From Naegleria gruberi (Eukaryota), in NCBI GenBank assembly GCA_000004985.1, contig GG738859.1: DNA of 64,000 nt; one strand, given 5' to 3'. Positions 10,911 through 22,127 of the stretch are shown piece after piece. Within the stretch, counting starts at the first letter, position 1; each line of letters opens with the position of its first letter. Made by a program: the position numbers and the translations under genes. The notes below the pieces were generated by a model. The model searched no databases, was not told the DNA's origin, and was given only the letters and a program-made list of their open reading frames with translations.

Positions 10911-13337
10911 TTATTCATATATTTCTCCCATGATGAGAGTGATAAGAGCAGACCAACCAGTGAAAGGATGAGCTCCTTGCCCCTTCCCGGTTTGAGCATT
11001 ATATTGTTCGTAGAGGGTTCTAGATCTTCTCCATTCGTTATATAATGTTTGAATAATGTTGGTTCTGAGAGCATTATAAACTTCACCACATCTTGCTGAT
11101 TTCTGCTTACAATTGTGAAGAGCTCTCAAAGTCAAATAATTCAAATTAATCCAAATAGGGCCTCTCCAGTAATTTTCCTTAGTTCCAAACATTGGGTCAG
11201 TTTGACTCAAAGATGTCAAACCGTGCACGGTCCATAATTTATCTCTAATGATAGTGTCCAAGGCATGTTGAAGAAGTTTTGGTTCTTGTTCAAAGTCAGG
11301 AACATCAAAGAGGAATGGGAAAAGTGAAATATAACCAATGTGAGGTGAAAATTCTGGTCTAGTATCATTGCCAACAGGTTTACCAGCATAGTCACTAAAC
11401 CATTCAATATTCTTATTGTAATGTTGAGTCTTGATATTGGATTTCAAAGTCTTGAGTCTTTCAACTAATACTGGATCGTCCTTCTTGAAAATAATATTAT
11501 TAATCTTGTTCATTGTGTCTGTCATCATGTAAATCCAGCAATACAAATCCAAGTGACGTTCGTCATCACTAGGTTCAACATTACCTCTTGGATAATCATC
11601 AAGACCAGAAGAAAGTGTATGACCAGGAGTTCTACCTCTCCATCTGTATGAGTTTGGAATCTTTCCTTTTTGTGTGGACAAATACCATTCATAATTCTTC
11701 TTCATGTTAGGATAGACTTGATTGAGGAAAGAAACCATAGCTTCTGATTCAGACAATGATGCTACTCTTTGTGTGGCATCCAAATCTAGTTCAATTTGAT
11801 GATTTCTAGCATGATTCTTCAATAACTCCAAAACAGCAAGGAAGAGCATTGGAGGATTGGCGTGAGTATCGTGTTGGACTTGGAATTGTTCTGGAACTCT
11901 TGTTCTGGCTTCTGCTCCAAGAATTTGTTCTCTTGGAATCCATCCAGTACTCTTATCCATAACATTGAACCAATTGTTAATAATATCCTTTGCAATTTGC
12001 TTATTCCACTTTTGAATAAGAAGAGAGTGGAAACCTTCATCCCACAAGAATCCACGAGGGAAGAATGATCTACATGGACAGGCAGTAAACAAGGCATATG
12101 GCTCAATGGTTCTAATTTCTTGAAGATTTCCCTTTTGATGATAAGAATCACCATAATAATATCCAATACCTCCCACAAGATTAGAAAGAGCATACATGGT
12201 CATTTCTTTTTCATCTTCTTTCAAGTTCTTTTCCTTAAGGTTGAAAGTTTCTTGGAACTTTTGTTCAAAGCATGTCTTGAGTTGCTTAATATTGTTATCA
12301 AAGTTGTCGATATGATCTGAACCATGTTGCTTAATTTGGAAGTTGGAGAAAATATCTGGATGTTGCTCATGTGAAAGGAATGCAACATTCAAATCAAATG
12401 GTGCATAGAAAAATTTTTGAATAACAAGGATATTGCTGTCTTCCTCAATAAAGTTTGGCAAAGTGGCAATTGGGATTGGATAGTCTTTTTGTTCTGGCAA
12501 TCCTTTTTGTCTTCTTTCTTGTTGATCTTCAATCATTTGTTGGAAGGATTTTTTCATTTGAGAAGAGAACATTTCCTTAACTTCATCTCCAATTTTCCAC
12601 ACATCACTTGGAGTTCTCTTCACACCATAGAAATAAAAGTTTGCATGTTCATCAACTTGAGATTTTTCATTAGAGGTAAAGTACATGGAAAAATCTCCAA
12701 TGTCACCACTGTTTCCTCTAATAATTACTGGAAGATTGGATGGAAGACCTTGCTTCTTTGAACCTTGGATTCCAGAAATTCTAAATGATCCTTCTCCATC
12801 ATTTTCAAGAGCAATATAGAAACAAACAGACATGGCTTGCTTGGTTTTCATTTGTTTCAATTCCTTTCCAATAAGTCTAACAGTCCAATCACCCCCCTTT
12901 TCATTAACAGAAGGAACAAATGTATTTTCCGAAACATGTTTCATCATTCTAGTTTCGATTTGAAGAGAATTTTCGTGATCTTTGATTGTTTGCATGGCAA
13001 AGTTTTGTCCATCATGTCTATTCCACCCATAGACTACATTATTAAAATCCATATTACTATTGTGTCTCATCTTGTTAACTCCATCCCAAGTATCTGCTCT
13101 GTTCCACATTAATCCTGTAATAACAGACTTTGGATTTCTAGTTTTCATTCCGAATATTACTTGTGGTCGATAGGTTCCCCACTTCATTGTGTGATTGTAG
13201 AGAGTGGTTTGAAAGACTGGATCCGATCGGTGAATACAATTATTAGTTTCCAATTCATTTCCCATGACAATTTGAGAAGTTATCATCAATGTGCTAATAA
13301 AACACAATAACAAAAGTGAATAAAAGAATCTACTCAT
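10911..13337 (-). CDS. MOGS: Mannosyl-oligosaccharide glucosidase (ER glucosidase I, GH63), type II membrane protein
   Basis: Full-length colinear similarity to MOGS/CWH41, including the diagnostic FFPRGFLWDEGFH, HANPP, LDDYPR and the C-terminal (GH)PFTGWS blocks. Probable start is MSRFFYSLLLLCFIS (signal anchor) at 13337; the track ORF extends to 13412. Confidence 0.85.
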   Translation of the reverse strand: MSRFFYSLLLLCFISTLMITSQIVMGNELETNNCIHRSDPVFQTTLYNHTMKWGTYRPQVIFGMKTRNPKSVITGLMWNRADTWDGVNKMRHNSNMDFNNVVYGWNRHDGQNFAMQTIKDHENSLQIETRMMKHVSENTFVPSVNEKGGDWTVRLIGKELKQMKTKQAMSVCFYIALENDGEGSFRISGIQGSKKQGLPSNLPVIIRGNSGDIGDFSMYFTSNEKSQVDEHANFYFYGVKRTPSDVWKIGDEVKEMFSSQMKKSFQQMIEDQQERRQKGLPEQKDYPIPIATLPNFIEEDSNILVIQKFFYAPFDLNVAFLSHEQHPDIFSNFQIKQHGSDHIDNFDNNIKQLKTCFEQKFQETFNLKEKNLKEDEKEMTMYALSNLVGGIGYYYGDSYHQKGNLQEIRTIEPYALFTACPCRSFFPRGFLWDEGFHSLLIQKWNKQIAKDIINNWFNVMDKSTGWIPREQILGAEARTRVPEQFQVQHDTHANPPMLFLAVLELLKNHARNHQIELDLDATQRVASLSESEAMVSFLNQVYPNMKKNYEWYLSTQKGKIPNSYRWRGRTPGHTLSSGLDDYPRGNVEPSDDERHLDLYCWIYMMTDTMNKINNIIFKKDDPVLVERLKTLKSNIKTQHYNKNIEWFSDYAGKPVGNDTRPEFSPHIGYISLFPFLFDVPDFEQEPKLLQHALDTIIRDKLWTVHGLTSLSQTDPMFGTKENYWRGPIWINLNYLTLRALHNCKQKSARCGEVYNALRTNIIQTLYNEWRRSRTLYEQYNAQTGKGQGAHPFTGWSALITLIMGEIYE

Positions 13338-13590
13338 AGGTGGTGAAGATGACACTGAACACGTGTTAAGCTGGTGGTGATTTGCTGTGCCAAGTATCAT
13401 CCGTGTGGTCATTTTTTATTCTTTTGTTACTAGAACCTCTCAAAGCTTTAATAATTCATACTAGTAGTAATGAATAATTTGTTTTATTATCTGTTCTTTG
13501 AATAGTTGATGAATAAATATTCATTGAATACTAATGGGATGAAGACTTGATTGTTGTATGATGATAAGAAAGAATAATAAAAAATTAAAA

Positions 13591-14177
13591 ATGGATCCAC
13601 AACTCTTGAACGCCATTCAAAAAATCAACGCCCAACAAGAAGAAGTCAACAAACTCACTGCTGGTATGTGTTTAAATGTGAAGATTGTTCGGATATATAT
13701 TGTTTTTAATATTGGATTTTATTGGATTTTTAATGGTGATGGAATGATGATACATTTTGTATTACTTTTATTGGTTGGATAAATTTGATGAATGATGTGA
13801 TGATCATGACAATTTAATTATGGATGGAACGGAACAACATTGTAGAGGTTCAAGTAATTTTGGCCAAACAACAATCTCTCTTGGCTCAAAAGAACGAAAA
13901 TGATACTGTCAAGTTAGAATTTGATCTCATCGATGAAACATCAGATGAAGTTGAAGTTTATAAACTCATTGGACCTGTCCTCATCAAACAAGATGCTGCC
14001 GAAGCTAAATCAAACGTTGAAAAACGATTGGAATTTATCAAGAAGGAAGTGGAAAATGCTGATAAAAAGATTGAAGAATCATTAAAAAAGAAGGAAAGTC
14101 TTGAAAAGAGTATGGTTGAAATCTCACAATGGGTACAACAAAGAGTTGCACAAATCCAACAACTCCAAAAGAAATAA
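13591..14177 (+). CDS. PFDN1: Prefoldin subunit 1; join(13591..13663,13846..14177); 182-nt intron (GTATGT...GTAG)
   Basis: Exon 1 (MDPQLLNAIQKINAQQEEVNKLTA) and exon 2 (VQVILAKQQ...LEFDLIDETSDEVEVYKLIGPVLIKQDAAEAKSNVEKRLEFIKKEV...) match the beta-prefoldin PFDN1 coiled-coil/hairpin layout. Phase-1 junction is consistent. Confidence 0.7.
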
Positions 14178-14360
14178 ACACTTATTTATTATCAAATAAC
14201 CGTAAATATTAATAATTTGATAATTAAAACTCATTTATTAATAATCAAGATGAAATACATGTGAAGTCAATTTATTGCTTAATTGACCAACTAAATAATA
14301 ATGTAAAATAATAGAGTCGAGAAATAATAATTTTGTTTTCTTATTTCCTCACCAAATAAA

Positions 14361-15011
14361 ATGAACAACAAATCATCAACAGAAACCCAACAAAGAGTTG
14401 TGCCAGGACAAAGAATCGGGCAAACCGATACTTATCAATCAGGACGAGGAACATACGTGAAGGATAATCGGATACATGCTAGTGTTGTAGGAAGTGTTAA
14501 AATTTCTAATCATGCTGATATTGATGAATCTACACCATCATCATCAAATAATTCATCATCAACTTCGGAGGTTGCTTCTCTTCCATATATTCATGTTATT
14601 CAAGAAAATAATCAAGAAACTATTGTACCAAATATTCTATCAGTTGTTACAGCTAAAGTTATCAAGACAACAAAATCATTTGCTAAAGTTGACATTTTGT
14701 GTGTGGATGGCAAACCTGTTACTAAATCAGGATCAGCAATTAGTGGACTTTTAAGAGTTCAAGATATTAGAGCAACAGAAATTGACAAGGTTGTTCTGTA
14801 TGAATGTCTCAGACCAGGTGATATCATTCTTGCAGAAGTCATTTCATTAGGTGATTCGAGAAGTTACTACATTTCAACAGCTAGAAATGAATTAGGAGTT
14901 ATTTATGCAACATCAAGTTTTGGATATCCAATGATTCCTCTCGATTGGACAACTATGGTTTGCACAAAGACAAATGCTAGAGAATTAAGAAAGGTTGCCA
15001 AAGTTTTGTAA
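14361..15011 (+). CDS. EXOSC1: Exosome complex component CSL4 (S1 domain + Zn-ribbon-like)
   Basis: VVPGQRIG...GRGTY N-terminus. S1 domain with DILCVDGKP ... RVQDIRATEIDKV ... RPGDIILAEVISLGDSRSYYISTARNELGV... closely parallels human EXOSC1. Confidence 0.8.
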   Translation: MNNKSSTETQQRVVPGQRIGQTDTYQSGRGTYVKDNRIHASVVGSVKISNHADIDESTPSSSNNSSSTSEVASLPYIHVIQENNQETIVPNILSVVTAKVIKTTKSFAKVDILCVDGKPVTKSGSAISGLLRVQDIRATEIDKVVLYECLRPGDIILAEVISLGDSRSYYISTARNELGVIYATSSFGYPMIPLDWTTMVCTKTNARELRKVAKVL

Positions 15012-15136
15012 TAAATTAAAGAATTTATGAAATCATTTTCGAACTGGAATAAACCAAGTTGACTGATGTAATCTTACAAATGGCAGAAAATGAGAAAAAT
15101 TCGTGCTTGCTCGTCGGCCAATTAAAGAAAACTAAA

Positions 15137-16270
15137 TTATTTTTCTTCATTCAAGAGATTTGCAGTATCTGAAAGATTTTCATCATTCTGAAAGTAATCT
15201 TGCATTTCTAATAGTGAGAAGAAGGCATCTTGATTAGCACTAATTGAAATAAAAGTATTCGAATCGAGTGATTCCTTTGAACCCCACTTGTTCTTACTTT
15301 CAATTACTTCCACTCTTTTGAACTGACAAATGGAAGTTTTTATGGCTACTGCACCTGCCAAGACATCATGGAACTTTTTTCCTTCAGCATTCTTTTCTAA
15401 ATATTTGGCCATTCCTCTATAAATAATTCTCAATCCTATTAAAGCTAAAACTTGACTTGGTGTCTTGTTTTTCAAATTCGAATACTTTTCAATTTGAGAT
15501 TCCAAACTTGTGTGTCTTTTTGGTCCATATATCACACCGTGACAAACATTCTTCGAAACCAGTATTCTCCTATCAATCCATTTCGAATTCAGCACCATCT
15601 TGGCTGCTGGAACATTTCCTCCAAAATTATATGTTGAAACCATCTCTTCATTCTTGAATTTCTTCAATCTGAAAGGTTCTGGTACAACATTTGGACCAGC
15701 ATATCCCCCCTGAATGACACACAATCCAATCCTCTTTTCCTCCTCATTGAATTCATCTTGATTATTCTTAATAAATGTTCCAAGATTACTGAGAGGAGCT
15801 CCTGTAACGAATAGCAACTTAGTTCCATGCACTCTCCAACATTCACTCATCAAATCATATCCCAAACCGTCACCAATCGATTCTTCCTCCTCCATGAATT
15901 TAACATAGTTAGGATAGAGTTTAGCTAAAAATCCCGAAAGACAATCCTTCTTATGATGAGGATTAAAAGCACCCACTTTAATCTTGCTCAATCTTTCAAT
16001 AATTGAATTCATATCAAGACCACTTTCCAAATCTGCCTCTTGTTTCTTGCACTCGACTACTAATTCAGATAAAAAACATTTTACAAAGGCAATTTGACTT
16101 TTCGAACCAGGAGCAATTGTTATACATTGAATATCAATCTCGGGATGGCACACTAAAAAGACCATATTGAAGAAATCATCAGGATCACCTGTTTCCATAT
16201 CAATAATGCATGGAATCATTTTTTTTGTGTATGAACTCTTGAAAATAGATTCAATTTTGAAATCAACCAT
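15137..16270 (-). CDS. Inosine-uridine preferring nucleoside hydrolase family protein
   Basis: N-terminal IU-NH aspartate cluster (CIIDMETGDPDDFFNM), a DxDxxxDD-type motif, and overall size/fold pattern. Substrate not inferable. Confidence 0.55.
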   Translation of the reverse strand: MVDFKIESIFKSSYTKKMIPCIIDMETGDPDDFFNMVFLVCHPEIDIQCITIAPGSKSQIAFVKCFLSELVVECKKQEADLESGLDMNSIIERLSKIKVGAFNPHHKKDCLSGFLAKLYPNYVKFMEEEESIGDGLGYDLMSECWRVHGTKLLFVTGAPLSNLGTFIKNNQDEFNEEEKRIGLCVIQGGYAGPNVVPEPFRLKKFKNEEMVSTYNFGGNVPAAKMVLNSKWIDRRILVSKNVCHGVIYGPKRHTSLESQIEKYSNLKNKTPSQVLALIGLRIIYRGMAKYLEKNAEGKKFHDVLAGAVAIKTSICQFKRVEVIESKNKWGSKESLDSNTFISISANQDAFFSLLEMQDYFQNDENLSDTANLLNEEK

Positions 16271-16322
16271 GTTTTATTATTAGTATTTCAGAAGATTCGA
16301 ATTTCAATAAGAGATAATTCCA

Positions 16323-18209
16323 TTACCGTTCTTTGTGAGGATTCTGTTGTACATAGCTTTCAAATAATTGTAAAATATCATCCTTATACTGATAATCAAC
16401 ATGAACGTTAATATAGTCAAGAGCTGATACTCCATGAATTTGTGTATGAACATTTGGTTTTCTAGCCAATAACTTTGTCAAAACCCTCATTAACTTTTCC
16501 TTGTTTTGAATGGTGTCATAAACCACAGCACTTATAATTCTTTGGAGTGGACTCGAACCAACAATATCTGACATTTGGTCATCAAATAATTCATCATCTA
16601 TTCTATCAATGAAATATTCTATGGTATCCAATAATTGTTCACCACTATCAAAAGATGCATTAAGGTATTGATAAATGAGAGGTATCTTATTGGGAATCTT
16701 GTTTGGTAATTTAAACCCCCTTACATCACAAAAATATTTTACAAAATCAAGGTTTCTACTAGTTGCAAACAGGTATATGATATCATCAGTAATCATACAC
16801 CTGTTTTGTGTCTTTTCGTAGAGCTCGAAAATATGAATAACATTTTCAACGGTAAGGTGATGTTTTCGAAATGAAACAAACGGATTTGGGCTCATGAAAA
16901 TGTCATCAAGATTATTTTGGCATTTCTCAATTAAATTCACTCCTTCTTTAGTGAACCTCCAATCTGAGACTGCCTTTTCAAATAATTCTAAAGAAAATTG
17001 TAATCTAAATGCATAGTTAGCATGTTCAATTAACGAGAAAGCAATCACATCTTCATCACATTTGAATGTAAAGCTGTTTTTCTTTTTCTCTTCTGATACA
17101 AAAGAAGGAAATAATTGATTAAAGCAGTTCAGGTAGTACATTATTTCATCAACAGGGTATGATTTGTCCAAAAAAACACTCATGACCTTCATTCCAAAGA
17201 TCAATATTTCCTTGTGATTTAGGTAGGGATTTGTAACTTGTTGTTCATTTTCTGCTTTTTTACAATCCTCCACCAGAAAATCCAAAATTCCTTTCACCAA
17301 TTCAAAATCCATAGTTTCAACAGCAACTTGTAAACAGTAGTAACCATTGATAGGATATTTAAATCTCTTTCCACTAGTAAGTATTCTAACTGGTTCAATA
17401 ATTTGTCTATTCAAATTCCAAAACTCTTTCACGGATTCTTCTATTGATGGGTTAATTTGCCGCACTAATTTGCATTTAATGAAAGAATAATCTTTCGAGA
17501 ATGAATCAGCAAATTTTCCTGAAAATCCTTTTTGTAATAAATATCTTTGATCCATATAAATCTCATCTCCACAGTCAGGTTTTAAATTATTCTCCACAAA
17601 TTCTATTAGATTATTCCACTTTTCAGTTATTGGCACAATAACTTCTGCTAAATTAGAATGAGAATTTGATTGTGGAGCTACTGTTCGATCCATTAAATTT
17701 GTCAATTTTTCAGTATTCCGCCCAAGCAAGAATGCCTTAACCTCCTTCTTGAAAATTGAATAAAATCTAAAGCCTGTAAAGAAATTTACATCCTCATATC
17801 CCTCCTCCGATTTACAAACTTTTTCTCTGTGATATAATTTTTCAGCTTCATCAACATGACTCCTTCTCAAATCATTTAATTTTTTAATTTTCCCCTTGGT
17901 TTTACTTTTCATCAGGGCTTTTGCATCATTTTCTAATTTCTCCTCTTCAAATTCTATCCGATCTTGTAAAAAGAATGAAAATCTCATTCTCCACAAAGCC
18001 TCATATCTAGCCACTCCGAGCCAATGTCTATTGAGCAGTAATAAATTAGCAACATCCCTCGTCTTGGAACACATTAGAAAAATACTGAAAATTAAATCCT
18101 CCTGCAATTCATTCATTTTTTTTCGATAATTATTACAAAATCGACTTGATGGAAATACTGAATATTGGATCATCCAATTTTCTAATAAGAAGATTAATCT
18201 TAATGACAA
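16323..18209 (-). CDS. F-box-like domain protein (up to 628 aa), function unknown
   Basis: F-box-like segment LQEDLIFSIFLMCSKTRDVANLLLLNRHWLGVARYEALW near the N-terminus. True start may be the internal Met (MNELQ...). Confidence 0.4.
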   Translation of the reverse strand: MSLRLIFLLENWMIQYSVFPSSRFCNNYRKKMNELQEDLIFSIFLMCSKTRDVANLLLLNRHWLGVARYEALWRMRFSFFLQDRIEFEEEKLENDAKALMKSKTKGKIKKLNDLRRSHVDEAEKLYHREKVCKSEEGYEDVNFFTGFRFYSIFKKEVKAFLLGRNTEKLTNLMDRTVAPQSNSHSNLAEVIVPITEKWNNLIEFVENNLKPDCGDEIYMDQRYLLQKGFSGKFADSFSKDYSFIKCKLVRQINPSIEESVKEFWNLNRQIIEPVRILTSGKRFKYPINGYYCLQVAVETMDFELVKGILDFLVEDCKKAENEQQVTNPYLNHKEILIFGMKVMSVFLDKSYPVDEIMYYLNCFNQLFPSFVSEEKKKNSFTFKCDEDVIAFSLIEHANYAFRLQFSLELFEKAVSDWRFTKEGVNLIEKCQNNLDDIFMSPNPFVSFRKHHLTVENVIHIFELYEKTQNRCMITDDIIYLFATSRNLDFVKYFCDVRGFKLPNKIPNKIPLIYQYLNASFDSGEQLLDTIEYFIDRIDDELFDDQMSDIVGSSPLQRIISAVVYDTIQNKEKLMRVLTKLLARKPNVHTQIHGVSALDYINVHVDYQYKDDILQLFESYVQQNPHKER

Positions 18210-18404
18210 ACTTTTATCAGAGTGTTCTCTAGGTACCTCATAAAGGCTTGACTAAATTTTCCATAACGGAACCTTAAAAGTACAAAAATGCGGCGATTGA
18301 CTTAACTTCGATCAAAAAGCTGAGTGTACGTAAAGAGAGGCTTAAAAAAGCTTTTTAAAATTAAAAAAAATTTGCAAACTCTAATTACTCCTATCCTATA
18401 CAAA

Positions 18405-19394
18405 ATGACTAAACCAACAATGAAGGTCCTCGTCACTGGTGCTGCAGGTCAAATCTGTTACTCTCTCATTGGTATGATTGCTAGTGGTCAAATGCTCGGT
18501 TTCGATCAACCAATCATTCTCCACTTGCTCGAAGTCCCAGTTGCCATGGACGCTTTGAAGGGTGTTTGTATGGAAATTACCGATTCTGCTTATCCATTGG
18601 TTAAGAAGGTTGTTGCTACCTCTGATTACCAAGAAGCTTTCACTGATATTGATGTTTGTATCATGGTTGGTGCTATGCCAAGAAAGGACGGTATGGAAAG
18701 AAAGGATTTGTTGGAAAAGAATGCTTCCATCTTCAAGGGACAAGGTGAAGCTTTGGAAAAGTATAGCAAGAAGTCTGTTAAAGTTCTCGTTGTTGGTAAT
18801 CCAGCCAACACTAACTGTCTTATTGCTAAGACTTATGCACCATCTATTCCAGCTGAAAACTTCTCTGCTCTCACTCGTTTGGATCATAACAGAGCTAAGG
18901 CTCAAGTTGCTGATCGTCTCGGTGTCAATGTTTCCGATGTTCACAATGTCACTATTTGGGGTAACCACTCTTCCACTCAATATCCAGATGTTTCTCACGG
19001 ATATGTCACAATTAATGGTGAAAAGAAGTCTATCACTGAAGCTGTCAATGATGATGCTTGGTTGAAGGGTGATTTCATTAGCACTGTTCAAAAGAGAGGT
19101 GCTGCTGTCATTGCTGCTAGAAAATTGTCTTCTGCCACATCTGCTGCTAAGGCTATTGTCGATCACGTCCATGATTGGGTTTTGGGTACTCCAGAAGGTG
19201 AATGGGTTTCTATGGCTATTCCATCCGATGGTTCTTACGGTATTCCAGAAGGTGTTATTTATTCATTCCCAGTTACTTGCAAGGATGGTGTTGTCACTAT
19301 TGTTCAAGGTTTGAAGATTGATGATTTCTCCAGAAACAAGATGGAAGTTACCGATAAGGAATTGAGAGAAGAAAAGCAATTGGCTTTGAACTAA
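18405..19394 (+). CDS. MDH1: Cytosolic NAD-dependent malate dehydrogenase (MDH1 type), intronless
   Basis: [16 protein letters not shown] Rossmann motif, catalytic [12 protein letters not shown] and full-length colinearity with cytosolic MDH. Strongly biased codon usage suggests high expression. Confidence 0.9.
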   Translation: MTKPTMKVLVTGAAGQICYSLIGMIASGQMLGFDQPIILHLLEVPVAMDALKGVCMEITDSAYPLVKKVVATSDYQEAFTDIDVCIMVGAMPRKDGMERKDLLEKNASIFKGQGEALEKYSKKSVKVLVVGNPANTNCLIAKTYAPSIPAENFSALTRLDHNRAKAQVADRLGVNVSDVHNVTIWGNHSSTQYPDVSHGYVTINGEKKSITEAVNDDAWLKGDFISTVQKRGAAVIAARKLSSATSAAKAIVDHVHDWVLGTPEGEWVSMAIPSDGSYGIPEGVIYSFPVTCKDGVVTIVQGLKIDDFSRNKMEVTDKELREEKQLALN

Positions 19395-19597
19395 ATTGTG
19401 TATAAATATGTAAAATTTAAAATTGTACAAATAATTATTTAAATATTATTTATTTTCTCCACAAATCGAATGGATCCTTTTCAATTCCAATTTTAAAAGC
19501 AATTTCCAAAATTATTTGTTCTTGATGATAGACATGATGAATAATTAGCCACCAAATGTAAGTGTACCAAATTTGCTGACTATGTTTCTATGCCTAA

Positions 19598-19978
19598 TTA
19601 TTGTCCTCCAGGAGGAATTTGTGATGTTGCTCTTCCTGATGTTAATCCGAGAGTACCACGCAAAGCTTCTCTCTTCAAACGTTCCTTCTTGATATTCTTA
19701 ATTTCATCAATTGTCAAATCTGGAGCACTTTCATTTGTTGTTGGAATATCAGCCTCTAACATATCATCATTTGACATTAATTTATTTTCCACTCTACATT
19801 TCAAATATTCGGAGGCTTCCTTTCTACATTTTGATGCAAAATTTTGATTATCTTGAAGACATTTATAATAAAGCTCTACAGCTTGGTCACATTCATGAAG
19901 ATGATCCAATGGAAATGATCCTCTCTTTGGACCAGGACCAACTCGTACTTCCTTTGCTTGTTGAGTTCCTCTATTCAT
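19598..19978 (-). CDS. COX19: COX19 homolog (twin Cx9C cytochrome c oxidase assembly factor)
   Basis: KRGSFPLDHLHEC plus two Cx9C motifs (CDQAVELYYKC, CRKEASEYLKC) and RVENKLM, colinear with human or yeast COX19. Confidence 0.75.
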   Translation of the reverse strand: MNRGTQQAKEVRVGPGPKRGSFPLDHLHECDQAVELYYKCLQDNQNFASKCRKEASEYLKCRVENKLMSNDDMLEADIPTTNESAPDLTIDEIKNIKKERLKREALRGTLGLTSGRATSQIPPGGQ

Positions 19979-20072
19979 TTTTTATTTAAATAATTAATAA
20001 TTTGTACCCAGAAATGGAAAGTGCACAACAATTTACATTGAAAATTAATCTTTATTGATGTTATTGAAACAC

Positions 20073-21788
20073 TCAATGATTACTGTATTTTACATTTCCT
20101 TTTTTCAAATCAATCACTACAACAGTGTCCATAGCTGCTGTTTGAGTGATAAGAAATAACTCTCCATTACTTCTTACCTCTCCAAATACAGATTCTGATT
20201 CTCTATTTAAATTCATAGGTCCATTACCAGCTCGGTTGAGTGATACAAAGTGTTCACGACTTGGTTTCAAAACTATATTTTCTTTGTAAACTAATGAACC
20301 ATCATCTAGTCTGACTCGTTCTAAACGAGATTTCAAATAGGAAGGATCGATGTGAATAAACATTAAATCAAATAGATATCTCCTGTCTAGTTCATCAAGA
20401 GGAGTGTTGTCTCTTCTTTCTGACCTTCTCTTTCTAATAGTTACGCCATCAAGGGGAATCCACAAATATTTTGTTTCGAAAAAACCAGAATAAGATTGAA
20501 ACTCAAGATTTCTGCTCCACTTTTCAGTACAGTCCATTGAGATTAGCACATTGTCTGCTTTTCTATGTTGATATTTGAATTCTAGTAAGCAAACTCTATT
20601 GAGTGTATAGAGTATCACATTAGTTAACATGGTAACATGTTGGTCATTGTCATTTTGTTGCTCCACTGAAAGAGTAGCCATTTGTAAAATAATATCCTCA
20701 TAGAAATACATTAATATTCGTCCAGTCAAGGCATGAATGAGAATGTAACACTGGTTTTCATCTTCATCCATTGGTTGTAACAGGAAATTTCCAGAGACAA
20801 CATCCATCAAGCGCATTGGAATGTTCACTCCTGGAATACCCTTCACCTTATTAAATAGATTTCTAATATCAATACTCCACAATTTTTGTCCATTCTCAAT
20901 ATTCCAAGCATGGAATGTTTTAAATTCACTGCAAAATGTATCCACAATTCCGAATTCATTATTTACAGCATCGTTGAGATGAATTTTCTTGTTGGGGCCA
21001 TCTTCATTCTCCCAAACGAGACTTCCATTCGAACAATCCAGGACCTTGATTCCAGATGTGTTGATACCCATTAACACATAATTCTTTCTTGGGTAGTGAT
21101 AAATATTGGTACAATTGACTAACCTAGTCAAATAATTTTTCTTTTCTTTTTCAAATCTAAGCAGCGGTTCCAATCGAATCGACCAAACTTGATTTCCAAA
21201 CAAATCAAAATATTCTACAGTTTCATGTTTTACAATAATTCCTCCCATTTTCTTTGCGATTTGAGATTCTTCCAATCCTTTTTCTCCTCTCAATACCTTA
21301 TCCATATTTTCATTAGTAATATTTACAGAAATGTACAAATCAATATCATAAGTTAAGTTATCAAAACTATTATTCGGATGAAAAAAATGATAGCCATAAT
21401 ATCCACCCTCCTTATATTGTGCAGGAATATCAGAGAGACAGTAGGCACTCTTTTTCATCAGTGGAAAAGAACATAACTTGTATGAACCATTTCCATTCCG
21501 AATCATTTCAACAACACTCCCCCTAATTAGAAATTTCCTATAATTCAATCTCCTACTCAATTCTTTAAATAAATCCAACCAGGTAACTTTTTCAGTGATC
21601 AAACTTTTCCATTCTCTCCTAGCCTCTTCTCCATAATAATCAACGAAATAATTCATCCACAGAAAATCATTCGTATCTATCAATTGATGCCAACTCCGAC
21701 AACATGTAGAGATGTAGTTGAGGAGAAAATGTGGAGGAAGCATTGAAAAAATTGTCAACAATATTTCCTCTGGTACATTTTCAAACAT
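20073..21788 (-). CDS. F-box domain protein (~571 aa from the internal Met; ORF extends to 21863)
   Basis: Classic F-box at the N-terminus (MFENVPEEILLTIFSMLPPHFLLNYISTCCRSWHQLIDTNDFLW). Remainder unrecognised; possible beta-propeller. Confidence 0.5.
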   Translation of the reverse strand: MFENVPEEILLTIFSMLPPHFLLNYISTCCRSWHQLIDTNDFLWMNYFVDYYGEEARREWKSLITEKVTWLDLFKELSRRLNYRKFLIRGSVVEMIRNGNGSYKLCSFPLMKKSAYCLSDIPAQYKEGGYYGYHFFHPNNSFDNLTYDIDLYISVNITNENMDKVLRGEKGLEESQIAKKMGGIIVKHETVEYFDLFGNQVWSIRLEPLLRFEKEKKNYLTRLVNCTNIYHYPRKNYVLMGINTSGIKVLDCSNGSLVWENEDGPNKKIHLNDAVNNEFGIVDTFCSEFKTFHAWNIENGQKLWSIDIRNLFNKVKGIPGVNIPMRLMDVVSGNFLLQPMDEDENQCYILIHALTGRILMYFYEDIILQMATLSVEQQNDNDQHVTMLTNVILYTLNRVCLLEFKYQHRKADNVLISMDCTEKWSRNLEFQSYSGFFETKYLWIPLDGVTIRKRRSERRDNTPLDELDRRYLFDLMFIHIDPSYLKSRLERVRLDDGSLVYKENIVLKPSREHFVSLNRAGNGPMNLNRESESVFGEVRSNGELFLITQTAAMDTVVVIDLKKGNVKYSNH

Positions 21789-22127
21789 TTTTTTTGTTTT
21801 TACAATCAACCTTGGCAACTTTCCAAAATGAATCTGAATTAAAAGTAGTTGAAAAGAGTTCAAACTTCATTGACTTGCTTTTCAATTGTCATGTGTGTTC
21901 TTATTTCATTTAATGAAGAAATTTAAGAAAATTGAATGGAATTACAAGTTCCATTTTCACAAATTTTTGTCCTTGATTACATGCCACCCTTTCCGAAATC
22001 TCTCATTCAAATTTCTAATATTTCAATTATTTTGTGATTAAGATGGAGAGAAAAATTCACCATCAACATGTTGATGTTAATAGTAAACAAATATTTTTTA
22101 AAATTAAAAATTAAAAAAAAATTAGTG

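Noticed and set aside
10763-11089. 108-aa ORF overlapping the 3' end of the glucosidase I gene
   Set aside because: It is on the same strand in a different frame from the conserved GH63 C-terminus (GHPFTGWS...) and has no independent support.
14494-14754. His/Leu-rich 86-aa ORF in an alternative frame within the CSL4 gene
   Set aside because: It is an out-of-frame overlap with a well-supported exosome CSL4 CDS. Its composition (HHHHQIIHHQ) reflects a frame-shifted reading of Ser/Asn codons.
18396-19172. Long antisense ORFs (18396..19172, 18562..19065, 18626..18811) overlapping the MDH gene
   Set aside because: They lie opposite a strongly supported, highly codon-biased MDH1 CDS. Their products are low-complexity with no recognisable motifs, as expected for antisense frames in AT-biased coding DNA.
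1796-19978. Two twin-Cx9C mitochondrial IMS proteins (CMC2 at 1796 and COX19 at 19598) as a possible functional cluster
   Set aside because: They are 17 kb apart with many unrelated genes between. Co-occurrence is most simply chance in a gene-dense region.
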